This document shows, piece by piece, positions 36,179 through 48,499 of a stretch of DNA of 64,000 nt. Where the stretch lies: positions 2,108,001 to 2,172,000 of the forward strand of contig AP026125.1 in NCBI GenBank assembly GCA_030295235.1, read 5' to 3'. The notes under the pieces were generated by a model. The model was not told the origin of the DNA. It made no database searches and saw only the letters and a list, made by a program, of their open reading frames with translations. The stretch's first letter is position 1. Each line of letters opens with the position of its first letter. The position numbers and the translations under genes were made by a program. Source of the DNA: Fistulifera solaris. Lineage: Eukaryota.

Positions 36179-39100
36179 TCAATGTGTTGCAACGACGAAA
36201 GAAAAAACACGCGCACCGACCGAGCAAATATCCCCGTTGCAAAGTGGAACGCTTCCTTCATCGTAGCTTAGTCGTCTTCCATTTACAGTGACAACATCAT
36301 CAACAGCTAAACAACTCATCTGAAAATCGCTCTCGGGAGTCGGGGCGAATCGAATGCATGCGGACGACTCGCTACAGGTTGCAGGGACGCCTCCTATATG
36401 ACAATCTATTCGTCCAATCGTGCCACCGATAGGTAGAACGCCAAGTCCAAGACGCTGATAGGCGTGCTGCGTTTTCTGGTTAGCACAACCGATCACAGAA
36501 ACTGTCCCTTGAATAACACTGATGAACTTTTCGTTTGCTCCATCCTCGTCGTAGTCCACAACTAGTAGCTGTATTGCTGTCATCAAATACTCTTTAGACC
36601 GAATTCCATTTGTGTCAACAAATGTTTGCAAATCCCATCCGCACGACGCTGGCGACAGCCCGAGGAGCATCGCGATACCTGCACGGTTGATGGATTGATC
36701 TGGTAAACAAGGTCGCGAAACTGGAGGTGCCGGCGACATCAGACTACCGCTATACAATGCATCCCGGGCTCCTTTCAGTCTTTTGGCAGCTATTGCCATG
36801 AGTTCGAGATCGTCAAGGTTTTCGAATTGACCGTTTCGAGATAAAATTGAAGCTCTTGCCACACCTTTAGTGATGATTCCCGTTATGGACTCCTTTAACC
36901 TGGCTGAGACAGTGGTCGAAAGACTTTTCCCTTTCTTTTCCGACAGGACTTTAATTTTCTTTTCGCTTCCCAAATTACCAGTGCTAGATCGTTTTCGTTT
37001 TGGAGATTTTTCGGTCGTCAACGGCAATTCTGGCTTAGCGACATCTGCGTCATCGTCTTTCTTCTTCGTGGGAGTACGTTTCTTTTTTTCGGTAATAAGC
37101 TCGGGAGCAGAAATTTTACCTTCTGCTATGTCTTGCTTTTCACGTTCATAGGCAGCGGCTGCTTCTTCGCCTTCTTTTTGTGCCTGCCTAGTAGCCTCTT
37201 CACCATAAAGGATAAGGTGTGCCCATGCGTAAATGGCAGCTGCGTCCCATTCACTGTCAAATGTCCCCAGGTAATGATTTTGTCCCATAAAAGAAATCTG
37301 ACTCTGCCATCGGTCGTGACCTTTTCTTGCTTGTCGACAAACCCCTCGGTACGCATACACATGTCTCTTTGAATTACCTCCAGTTCTTGACGTTTGGCGG
37401 GGGTCTCGAAGAAGAGGTTTTACATCTGGGGGTAGATCCTTCGCAAACATTGTGAGCGTTTGAACACGTACATTTCAAAATTCAGAAGGCGCTTACCTTG
37501 ATATTGATGACCGAAAGAGCAGGTACGACGTTCGCAGCACTGCCACCGAGGCCACTGGTTGTTGATAGAATGTCTTCATACACGATGCGGCTTCCGTCTT
37601 CGCTGAAGTTACATTCAACATGCTGGTTCTTTTTCCTATTCATTTTGATAATCTCATCGTATTTCCGAGCAGCATCGTCAAGAGCATCAAAAAACAAGAT
37701 GGACTCTTCTCTCTCACTCTCTGTTACCCTTTCCCCGTCGACTTTGATAAAGTGTTTGCCAGTGGGGTTAATCCATACTCCACGGTATCCAGGTACTCTG
37801 ATTGAGCCATCGGGGTCCTTTTCTTCTCCACTTAGTGGCCCCGAATGTGATGGCCCAGGTCTTCCTCCTTTCTTTTTCCCACACCACTCTTTGGACCGCC
37901 ACCTTGCCCTACAGTGGGAGGAGCGCCACTCAAGCCAAGGTTATCACTGTCGTTGGCTACAGCTATTAATGAAAATCACGATATTTGAGGCCAAGTATCA
38001 GTACAAATCACGCATAGTAGTGGATTGATTTTCTACACTTACCTAAGGCGCTAACGCCACACGATCGTTCATGATGGGTTCTCGCCATAGAAGTAACACA
38101 ATCCGTACTGCACGTACGACAAAGCCAAGTTCCAGGAGGGGCATGTAAAGCCGAAACCTGGAACAGCATCACATTGAGAAGCACATAGAATAATGACAGA
38201 AGTTCACATAGACTCTACTCACATGCTGCCGCAGGCCTTGTTCCGACCCAAAGTGTCGTCCGCAACATACAGCCATTCTATATGCTAGTGTTCCCGCTAC
38301 CTGACCACTCGCTCCTGACGATGTAGTCGACGAAGCGGTCGTGACCTCTTCGCACAAATGTCCATGCGTCTGTGATAATTTCATTACATCCAGAATAGGT
38401 TCCAATCTTGCGCTGCCCAACTCATAGCGAAGCCAAGCTTGTTCTAGATTGCTACCGAGCCAATTTAGAGTCCATCGGCGTGATGAAGACACCTTCCCGC
38501 TTGAAACAAACTCCTCATCTGTCACCACGCGTGGTACGGGGCTACTTGCACTTAAATCATCGGATCCTAGACTGCCGGATAGACTTTCTACGGCAATCGT
38601 ATCCATGTTTGTCTCCTCAATGTCCCCGGTATGATGAATTATCATCGAGCGTGCCACGAGTCGCCGAAAGTGATCCATACTATCGGCGTCGCTTGCTATT
38701 CGACTCCTGTCCCATTCTTCACGAACGCAGTCGGCGAAATGAGGCAAAACCAAAGAAACAAGACCAGAAACAGGAACCACTTCTAAATTATTCCTTTGCT
38801 GCGTAGCAAATGTACTCGTAGTGACGACTCGATGACGTGTCGTCAAGCCAACTTTGCCTCTTTCGCTATACTGGCAGGAATACTATCCAGTTGAAAATCC
38901 CACTCTTTGAATATTGGCGTTCCGGCTAACCCGATATGTTGATCGTTCGTGCTAAATATCCCTGTATCCCACAGGCTGTGGATGGAAGAGTTGGTATCGC
39001 TCTGAGCGGCTGCCATGAACCCTACTCCCTGGTCCACGACGGTGATGTCAAAAGGTATCTGGCAAAAATGTAAGTAATCTTTCAGGAAGGTTTTGTATGA

Positions 39101-40375
39101 AGTGATCAACACATGGAAAGGCGAGTCAGAAAGCCCGTTTGCTTGTGGAAAGTATCTCCTCCATTGACGTCGACTACGTCGTGACCCGCCGTAGGGTAAA
39201 GCTCGAAGGGAGCGAGATTCGTTGGCCGTTATAAGCCCTAGATGCTCTTGCACAGTAAGAAACTCTTGTGCATAAAGATCAACCTCTGGCTCCGTAGTGA
39301 TAATCAAATGCGGCCCCATTCGATCTCTCAATATGTCGGCAATGCGTCCATGTCGATTTTTCCAGTCCAAATCCTGATAGATAGCGTGTCCAGCACCTTT
39401 TTCTAAAATACTCAAAAATCGTCCCCGGCACTTGTTCCGCCACCACTCCGTAATCGCCGCATCATTCGGCTGATAAGGAATGGAATGTTCCATTTCGTGG
39501 TCGCTATCGTCGTCGTCACTGATAATCGCTTGATGTCGCTCGCGCCAATCAAAAAGATTCGGCAATTTCAAAAATCCTGACTGTGACTGCGATGCTGCGT
39601 AATCCAGCCTGTTCCGACGCCTTAGATCCGAGCGTCGTATAGCATTTTCAACGACTTGGATCGTCCGTTGACCTAAAGTTTGTGCTTCAATGACCACAGC
39701 GCCTAAATTAATATTGCTCGTCGATTTCTTGCCGATTTCGGGATTCTGAGGTACCGCCAAAATGTCAATATCACTTCCCGGTGTCAAGGCCGTCCAAGCC
39801 ATATTTCCCGCGGCACATAGAATGGCTCTGGAACTTGTGAAACGAAAGTCCAGAGCTGCTGCAGATGAAGCCGGAGTATTGCGGGTAAATTTGGGACCTT
39901 CGGAGGATGCAGGGACAATTGACTCCACGGGAACTTTAGGCGTCGAGGATGTAGTATCCTTTTTAGTTATTTTTTCGTCGGCTTGGGATTCATCCTCTTT
40001 GATGCTTTTCCGTTTCGCGTATTCCTTGTTTTCATGCGATCGACGTAAACAATCGATTCGCTTCTTTTGAAGCTCTTTGTACTCCAGTAACTTATCTGGT
40101 AGCTTGGACGCACAATCTTCGTCTTCTTCATCAACTTGGTCTTTTTCTCCTTTGAGGTATGATTGCTTTTCAATAGCATCAATAAGTGTGGATGCAGCAA
40201 TGTCAAAGATAGAAGGAAGAATGTCTTTCAGTGCCTGCCGTTTGCGCTCGGCTGCTTCGTGATCGAATCGTGTCGAAACCAGAGGTTCCCGCAAAACGGT
40301 TTCTTCCCACAAATCCAGTCGATCATCTTTGAGTTGCTGCGCTGCATCTCGAAGTCTCCAAGGTTTTTCTTCCAT
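36179..40375 (-). CDS. Multidomain nuclear protein: degenerate SNF2-N-like region, two zinc-finger-like motifs, two AP2/ERF-like domains, C-terminal FHA-like domain
   Basis: GPHLII...FHVLITSY...VVDQG; CC..F..L..H....H and CRTC...HHERSC; GYRGVWI...DAARKYD and YRGVCRQ...WQSQI...YLGTFDSEWDAAAIY; VTVNG...LCNGDICSVG; introns 38222-38158, 38042-~37909, 37497-~37438; frameshift ~38845. Confidence 0.65.
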
Positions 40376-40559
40376 TTGACGAGGAACAACAATGCTGATA
40401 AAGGCTGATGATACGACTTTAAAATGATCGACACAGCTTCAGTGTCAATGCAATCAGGCCAATGAATACAACTCTCCAAAATCCAGTCTTCTTTGTAGAT
40501 TGTATTGCAAGGTCAAGGCACCGCGCGGGCAAGCGCCATGGTCAAGAAGATATTGCATC

Positions 40560-40587
40560 GTGCAACGTGCAACGTGCAACGTGCAAC
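40560..40587. repeat. (GTGCAAC)4 short tandem repeat
   Basis: Read directly. Confidence 0.9.
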
Positions 40588-40617
40588 CCATCGACGATGA
40601 CACGGTAAACTACGAGG

Positions 40618-40897
40618 TACGTGGATTCCACGTAGGCCTCGTAGGGAAATTCTATCGACAGAGGGGGAATCCGGATATTGTTCATGTCATACTTTCTCGT
40701 TTATTGGCTCTACAAAAGCCGAACCATAGAAATAGTGTCTCCCACAATAAGCTTAAATAAAATGATCTAGGCATCAACACTCCTGGACTTTCAAACATGA
40801 TTTAAATCAAAAAGATGCGATGACGACTCGAAAGTCTACGTGGATTCCACGTAGGCCTCGTAGGGAAATTTATCAACAGAGGGCAAACCCGGATATT
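40618..40897 (+). promoter_or_regulatory. Dispersed ACGT-hairpin element, copies 2 and 3 (219 bp apart)
   Basis: TACGTGGATTCCACGTAGGCCTCGTAGGGAAATT..ATC(G/A)ACAGAGGG...CCGGATATT at 40618 and 40837. Confidence 0.65.
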
Positions 40898-41359
40898 ACT
40901 TCTGTTGGTTTGTCCGTTGTCCGTCAATGTTCATGACACCTCACGTTTTCAATCCGAACTCCGAACACATCGCGTGGTACTGATTTTCTATAGAGATGTT
41001 CGCTCGTCTTATTTCCGGCACTTTGCCTGTCCCCACGGGACTATTACGAAGAACAATACTATTGCATACAAAGTATAACGAAGTCTTCAACATTGAGTCA
41101 CGAAAGAACGAGGGACACCCGCAGCGCACGCGGCCGAGCGACGAAGAAAACGAAGACAAAGACAGCGCAAACGAACGAAAACTGGAGCAAGCAGCCATTT
41201 GAAGGCAACTGCAAGGAAGACAATTCATAACATCGTGTTCAAAGCATAATTGAAAGCAGGAGTATCTGTCACACTCGTACGATATTGCTTACAACCGTCG
41301 GAAGAAAGCGCTAATTGATAGAAAAATAACAGAGCACACACGAGACACGCACACTCGAA

Positions 41360-41758
41360 ATGTTTGCAAGACTTAACGCTGTAACTCGACACAATGCTGC
41401 AAGTCAGTCATGGATGCGTTCGACTTGTAGAGCGATGCATTACAAACTTCCTTGGGAGAAAGAGCAACCACGGACTGTTCCGGAAACCGCGGTGATTCCG
41501 GATCACATTGGCTGGGTAACAATTAACGAAGGGACTTGGAAAGCCGAAATGGCGCGACAAGTACCGGGCGTCCCTCTTACGGTGGGATCGTGGTGGGCTA
41601 TTGAAGACAACGAAACTGACGAACAAGGTGAAGCTAATCGAATGGATCTTATGAATCGCAACTCGCGTTTCGGAAAGAAAGCAAACGGCGGCAAACGAGC
41701 ATGCTCGCGTCAGGCGCGAAGAACGAAGAGACGCGCCTTTGGCAATCATCGACGCTAA
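41360..41758 (+). CDS. Small protein with mitochondrial-type presequence and very basic C-terminal tail (function unknown)
   Basis: 132-aa ATG ORF; MFARLNAVTR...; tail MNRNSRFGKKANGGKRACSRQARRTKRRAFGNHRR. Confidence 0.6.
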   Translation: MFARLNAVTRHNAASQSWMRSTCRAMHYKLPWEKEQPRTVPETAVIPDHIGWVTINEGTWKAEMARQVPGVPLTVGSWWAIEDNETDEQGEANRMDLMNRNSRFGKKANGGKRACSRQARRTKRRAFGNHRR

Positions 41759-42124
41759 ATGCAAGTAAATTCGATAACATGGAGCGTAATCTCCTTTTGG
41801 ACTATAAAGGTTTATTTTCTTTGTCGAAGAAGGATTGTCGTATTAGAAAACATTTCAATTAAAAACATTTGACGAATGCTGCGAACCGCAATATCTCTTG
41901 ACAATGAGGACGTGAAAAGCACGAAAATATGTCAAAATTAGTAGATTAAAGCTTGCAGGAGAGCTGCAAACTAGCAAACGCAAGTGCCTGGACAAGTTTG
42001 CCTACTTCCATTTCAGTTGTATTTCCCTTATGATTAATTTCAAATTTGACAATTGTACATGGATCACTTCATCGAATAGGTAGAACGTCTTGACAACGTC
42101 CTTAGCTTAATAAGCTCTTTATGA

Positions 42125-43465
42125 TCTAAAACCACGAGGTCAAAAGGTTATTGAAGGTGCACATATTTTTTTTTATATGACAAAACCTGGTCCAGAATTT
42201 CTGGACTGATACAGATTTTCTGTATGATGAGATCGCGGAGATCGCGGATTCCAGAATTTCTGGAATGTACTTGGAAACGATGTTTGGTGAAAAACAGCGG
42301 TTTCAAATTGGCTGGAACTAGCTCGGAAGCTCTTCATGATCTATAACAGAGAATGAGGTAAAAAGGTTATTGAAGGTGCACATAATTTTTGCGAGATGAA
42401 AACACGTGGTCCTGAATTTCTGGACTGATACAGATTTTCTGTATGATGAGATCGCGGAGATCGCGGATTCCAGAATTTCTGGAATGTACTTGGAAACGAT
42501 GTTTGGTGAAAAACAGCGGTTTCAAATTGGCTGGAACTAGCTCGGAAGCTCTTCATTGATCTATAACAGAGAATGAGGTAAAAAGGTTATTGAAGGTGCA
42601 CATAATTTTTGCGAGATGAAAACACGTGGTCCAGAATTTCTGGACCGATACAGATTTTCTGTATGATGAGATCGCGGATTCCAGAATTCCTGGAATGTAC
42701 TTGGAAACGATGTTTGGTGAAAAACAGCGGTTTCAAATTGGCTGGAACTAGCTCGGAAGCTCTTCATGATCTATAGCAGAGAATGAGGTAAAAAGGTTAT
42801 TGAAGGTGCACATACTCTCTGTGAGGCGAAAAGACCTGGTCCAGAATTTCTGGACCGATACAGAGTTTCTGTATGATGAGATCGCGGATTCCAGAATTTC
42901 TGGAATGTACTTGGAAACGATGTTTGCTGAAAAACAGCGGTTTCAAATTGGCTGGAACTAGCTCGGAAGCTCTTCATTGATCTATAACAGAGAATGAGGT
43001 AAAAAGGTTATTGAAGGTGCACATAATTTTTGCGAGATGAAAACACGTGGTCCAGAATTTCTGGACCGATACAGATTTTCTGTATGATGAGATCGCGGAT
43101 TCCAGAATTCCTGGAATGTACTTGGAAACGATGTTTGGTGAAAAACAGCGGTTTCAAATTGGCTGGAACTAGCTCGGAAGCTCTTCATGATCTATAGCAG
43201 AGAATGAGGTAAAAAGGTTATTGAAGGTGCACATACTCTCTGTGAGGCGAAAAGACCTGGTCCAGAATTTCTGGACCGATACAGAGTTTCTGTATGATGA
43301 GATCGCGGATTCCAGAATTTCTGGAATGTACTTGGAAACGATGTTTGCTGAAAAACAGCGGTTTCAAATTGGCTGGAACTAGCTCGGAAGTTTGCTGTGA
43401 TCTATAAAAATGAGGTCAAAAGGTTATTGAAGGTGCACATACTCTCTGTGAGATGAAAACACCTG
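42125..43465. repeat. ~210-220-bp tandem satellite, ~6 copies, with CCAGAATTTCTGG palindromes and alternating A/B variants
   Basis: Anchor AAAAGGTTATTGAAGGTGCACA at ~42142, 42361, 42581, 42791, 43002, 43212, 43418. Confidence 0.98.
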
Positions 43466-43682
43466 AAGTCAGCTGCAGTCATGTGAATCAGTTATCAAAC
43501 ACGAAACCGTCATCCCGCCGTCCGCCATTTTAACCATTCTCCACCAATTTTCTCGCGACACGTAAAATTTTTTTCTTTATTCTTTCCACTCTTTATTGTT
43601 GCTGCTTAGTGTCAACCATTTTACGACCAAGTTAACGAATATTTCGTTCATTTCACATTAGTAAACTTTGCATTTCATTCTC

Positions 43683-44622
43683 ATGTCACGTCCGGAATTG
43701 ACTGGCCCGGCCGCACATTTCTACAATGAAAAGAGGCGCGCAAATATGATTCGTCGTCTCGCATGGTCGGTGTGCAACGGGAAATTACGGAACGAGCGAT
43801 TGAATTGTTGCGTCTCGATCATTCGCAACCGGCCTACGTATTAGATATCGGCTGTGGTTCGGGGCTTTCTGGACAAGTACTGGAAGAAAAGGGTCATTTC
43901 TGGTTGGGTTGTGATGTATCTCGCGACATGTTGCTGGTGGCGCAAGAGCGCATGCACAATCAAGCTAACGACGACGACGATGATGAAGGAGAAAGCGACG
44001 ACGAAAGCATGGACGGTGAAAGCAACAAACAACAACGTAAATCGACAGGAGATCTTATGCACCATGATATGGGGACAGGATTGCCGTTTCGACCAGCCAC
44101 GTTTGATGCATGCATCTCGATTTCGGCCCTGCAATGGCTTTGCTACTCCAACGCGGCCCACCAGAATCCGCGTAGACGTTTGACCCGATTCTTCTCGTCA
44201 TTATATACAGTTCTCAAACGCGGTGGAAGAGCTGTGTTACAATTCTACCCCGAGACGGCCGAACAGGCTGTCCTCATCACTGAATGCGCCACACGAGTCG
44301 GCTTCGCTGGTGGTGTCGTTGTGGATTATCCCAACTCGGCAAAAGCCAAGAAACACTATCTAGTACTCAGTTTCGACCGCAATTCCGAGCAAAAGCGCAA
44401 AGCGGCGCTGAAAGATGGTTTGAGCTCGGCGGCAGAAGAGCCACAATCGGTTCTCGTGACCGGCGCGAGTCGAGAAGGAGCCAAAAAAGCGCCCATTCGC
44501 AAAAAGAAGGGTGTCAAGACAAAGGAATGGGTTGTCCACAAAAGGAGACCCAGCGCAAGAAAGGAAAAGCGGTTCGTCCCGACACCAAATACACAGCTCG
44601 TCGGCGTCCTACCAAATTCTAG
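43683..44622 (+). CDS. BUD23: 18S rRNA guanine-N7 methyltransferase
   Basis: MSRPE...FYNEKEARKY, LDIGCGSGLSG, DMGTGLPFRPATFDACISISALQWLC, GGVVVDYPNSAKAKK, VRPDTKYTARRR; A-run frameshifts ~43730 and ~44542. Confidence 0.92.
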
Positions 44623-44685
44623 TATTACTGTTCTTACTCCGTATTACCTTCATGTTCAAATTTATAGTTGTTAACCTATCGTACG

Positions 44686-45356
44686 TCATGATGCGCTTTC
44701 CTCCGCCTCTGTTAGGAGTAATGGTTGAACATCTGCGCGATCCACTTCGACATCAATCATCTGGCAAACGAAGCCGCACGTGTTAGTCGCGATGATTATC
44801 AAAAATGCGTATTCACATTTACACATGCCTATTTCGTGATACTCGAACTTACCATGGCCAAATGAAAATCGTGTCGCGACAACCCACCCAGAACCAAAGT
44901 ACGACAACGGACGGAAGTGACCACTTGCCAGTTTTTCTTGACAATTCTCCGTTCGAGTGACAGTACCGACGGAAAGTGATTGTTGATTTGTGCCACGGCA
45001 GCTATTTTGTGAAGAAATCGTGCACCCGAAAGATAATCGGGATGAATGAAGTGTCTTGTCAACGACAATGGTACAGTCAAATCCTCTTCATTCATTTCAA
45101 ACGTCCACTGTGAATGGATTGTTGACTTTAACATGGTGGCGTCGGTCATAGACAAAGGCTTACCCTCTTGTCCGTAAGGATCGCATTTTTGATTGGGCCG
45201 CTTCGCCAAAGGATCGTATATTGGCTTGGATGTCGAAGAAGACGAACGTTTGCAAAAGAAGGAGGAAGGACGATAATTCGTTGTGTGACGAAATGCATTA
45301 CGGATAGCTATTCTCCGCGCGATCTGTCCACACAAATTCTCTCCCACTTTAATCAT
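44686..45356 (-). CDS. Pterin-4-alpha-carbinolamine dehydratase-like protein; 2 exons
   Basis: LTRHF...FLHKIAAVAQINNHFP...T..LGGLSRHDFHLAM|MID; intron 44852-44761. Confidence 0.75.
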
Positions 45357-45954
45357 TCTGTTGCTAGCTTTAATTTAGATAGGTTGGCGAGTAAGAATGA
45401 AAGCAATGGTTGTCAATATGGCTCATCATCTCGCAAACTGCATCATGCCTCATGACTGAAATTCAGTCTTGGCGAAATACGGACATAACACTATAGGCTA
45501 TAGTATTTTGGAATTGACTGATCCGGGTAAATTTCCCTGTTAAACGATTTCGTTGGGCAATACATTGAACTTCTAGTTCTAGGCGCTCTTTCTAAGCTTA
45601 TTTCTCTCATCACAAAAAGATCTTGGCGAAGTGAGAAGGAGAAAACAGAACCAGGAAATCTTTTCTCGTGACTTAAACGCAGTCTTGGAAAAGTGAGCTT
45701 ACACTTTGGAGGATAGTTTCACGCAATGCCTTAACGCTAATGATTATTCATTCGAGCTTTTCGCGAAGCGACGCGTGCTCGCGTGCTTCTCCTTGGCCGC
45801 CACGAACGAGGCACGAAGTTGTTCGCTGCACCATTTTGCGTCAACTTCATTCGTCCGTCTTCATTGCAAATGAATCCTTTTCCTTTTCTTTAGGACTAGT
45901 CCTAACGCATCGTTTTGTAAAGCGTTTTATATACATCAAACCCAACCCTTTGCA

Positions 45955-48303
45955 ATGTCAAAAGAAGAAAACATATCAGCTCTTTTTTTGTCAGAGAAAG
46001 TAGATGCAAAGCAGCATCATCGTGAACTTTTCAAAGATTGTGCTCTCGTAGAAATCATTCATCTTCACGATTGCTTGCGAGGATCACTCAAGGCACTGGA
46101 ACACGATGTACAAGACCTAGCAAAAGCCGTTCGTTCCGGTTCCGAAGAACAGCAAAGAATGCTAGAAAAGAAAGTGGCAGGACGATTTCAAGTCATTTGG
46201 AGTGTCTTTCGAGCGCATTCTTCCGCGGAAGATGAATTTATTTGGCCGGCGTTACAGCGAAAGACACAAGGACGAATTCAGGGACACAAACACAAAGGAA
46301 AGGACGCTATTATTGAACAAGAAGAATACGAAGAAGATCACGCGGATGAGGAACGCATGTTCTCCGAGATGGACCGATTGTTGACGCGATTGAGGCAATA
46401 TTTCCTTAAACCGGATTTGTCACGGCCCAGCAATATTCAACACACCGAACAAGTTATTACGGCTATTGCGCAACACACGTCGACACTGTCACAGCATTTA
46501 ATGCATCATTTGGAAAAGAAGAAACGCAATGCATGCCGCTGGTAGCTCAACATTTGTCGAAAGAAGAAATTCACGAACTCGTGGGGCAGATCATGGGCAA
46601 GCGCTCCGCCGATACGATTGCACAGATTATGACCATGGCAGTGCAAAGTTTGAACGAAGCAGATCGTATTGAAATGGTCAAGTACATGAAACAAGCCATG
46701 TCGGGTACGTTCTTTGATCGATGGCTTCTCATGTCGGGATGGATGTCACACGATGCACCGAACGCGGACATCGCGCCCAACGCGAGACCCGAACCACCAG
46801 AAAATGACGAAATTGCTGTGAATGAAGTTCAGGCGGGTGAGGCACAAAATCGTAATTTGAAACGAGGTGCAGATGTCGAGGAACAGGATGATGACACCAA
46901 GCGTGCCCGAATCGTTCCCTTGGAGGATGAAGAAGTCGAGGAAGGCAATTCTGGAGGATGGACGAGTCCGGAAGAACTGGAAAAGTTCATTCGTGCCATT
47001 GCTACAAATCCAGCACTAACGGCAGCGCAAAAGAACTCGACTATACAAGGTCTGCGTGATAGTGTTTGGAAAAGCAACAAGAAACATCGGGGATCTCGTC
47101 CGGCGGCTGCGACGGTCGTTAATTCCACCACCAGTTTTCACCAGCCTCGTTTTCCATCGACTGAACCGGGTCGCCCAGCTCTAGTCACTGCTTCCTCGAC
47201 TCGGCGAGTGACACCGCCATCCATGTATTTCAAGAAGAACAAGGCAGGGAAGGTGGTAGTGATATCACCCAATGACTCTCCATCATTATCGTCTGAGCCC
47301 TTGCCTCTTTTTTTCGGCATCAGAGATGGCACCTACATACCACGATGGTGCTGCAGCATCTGTGCTCGGATGTCCACATTACGCTCGCGCATGCAAACTG
47401 CGACATCCCAATTCGGGTCGGTTGTACACGTGTCGATTGTGTTGCGAACAACAACGTGAATTGGCCAGTGGTGATCCGGACGACCCACTTGACCGTTATG
47501 CCGTTACCGAAGTCCTGTGTATGAAGTGTCATGCGCTACAACCTGCTGGAGATCGTTGTATCAATGCGGAATGTGAATCACGAGGAAAACCATTCTCCAA
47601 GTACTTTTGCCGCATCTGTCATTTGTACGACGATGCCGCCAATAAAAATATTTTCCACTGTCCCTATTGTAATTGCTGTCGCCTAGGAAAAGGTCTTGGA
47701 ATTGACTTCCGGCATTGCATGGTACGTACCTGGTAATGCGATTTCAATAAGTTAGGTAATGATTTTCGGAAGGTGCTCACAAAATTGTTGCTTTGTTAAC
47801 AGCGGTGCAACGCCTGTGTATCGCTCGCTGACGATGACCACCAGTGTATCCCTCAGAAATTGCAAGGAAGCTGTCCGATTTGTCACGAAAGTCTCTTTCA
47901 ATCGACGGAACCTTTACGTGGTCTTAAATGCGGCCACGTAATGCACATGTCTTGTTTCACTGAGTATCGCAGGGGGCATTCGTACACTTGTCCGTTGTGC
48001 ATGCGGTCTATGGACGATATGAAAGGTAAGCTTTCACCAAGCGGATTGGATGATCTTCTAAGTGAGGGTCTCACAAGTCATTCATGCCTGTTCTTTGTAG
48101 ACTATTTCGCTATGCTGGATGCAGCGGTGCGCATGCAACCCATGCCGGCAGCCTATCTGACAACGAAGAGCAACATTTATTGTCAAGATTGCGGGAAAAC
48201 GGGACAAGTGCAGTATCACTTTGTGGGTCTGAAATGTTCCGATTGTGGAAGCTACAATACGAGAGAGATGGGACGAGTTGACTGTTCCGATGAGGTGCGG
48301 TAG
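45955..48303 (+). CDS. Hemerythrin (HHE) + CHY/CTCHY zinc finger + RING + zinc-ribbon E3 ligase (BRUTUS/HRZ-like architecture)
   Basis: HLHDCLR, AHSSAEDEFIWPAL, DHADEE, HHLEKEE; GCPHYARACKL...CRLC, YFCRICHLYDD, CPICHE...CGHVMHMSC...CPLC, IYCQDC...YHFVGLKCSDCGSYNT; introns 47722-47802 and 48026-48100; frameshifts ~46520 and ~47310. Confidence 0.88.
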
Positions 48304-48499
48304 AGCTGTTCCACGTTACGTTTTTGTTAGATTATCGTTTTAAAGTCAAGTTCGGCTTGAGCACCTTTCACAATTGTAGTGCTAGATTTTGTCCGATTTG
48401 ACAGGTATTTCTACGCCCACTATTTGAAAGATCTTCACGTCAAAATATCCTTAAATAAGCAAATCTTGGTTTTTATCGATTCATACATCGTTATAGCTC

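Noticed and set aside
40996..41202. 68-aa ORF downstream of the hairpin cassette
   Set aside because: Short, no recognisable motif; could be UTR or upstream sequence of the 41360 gene
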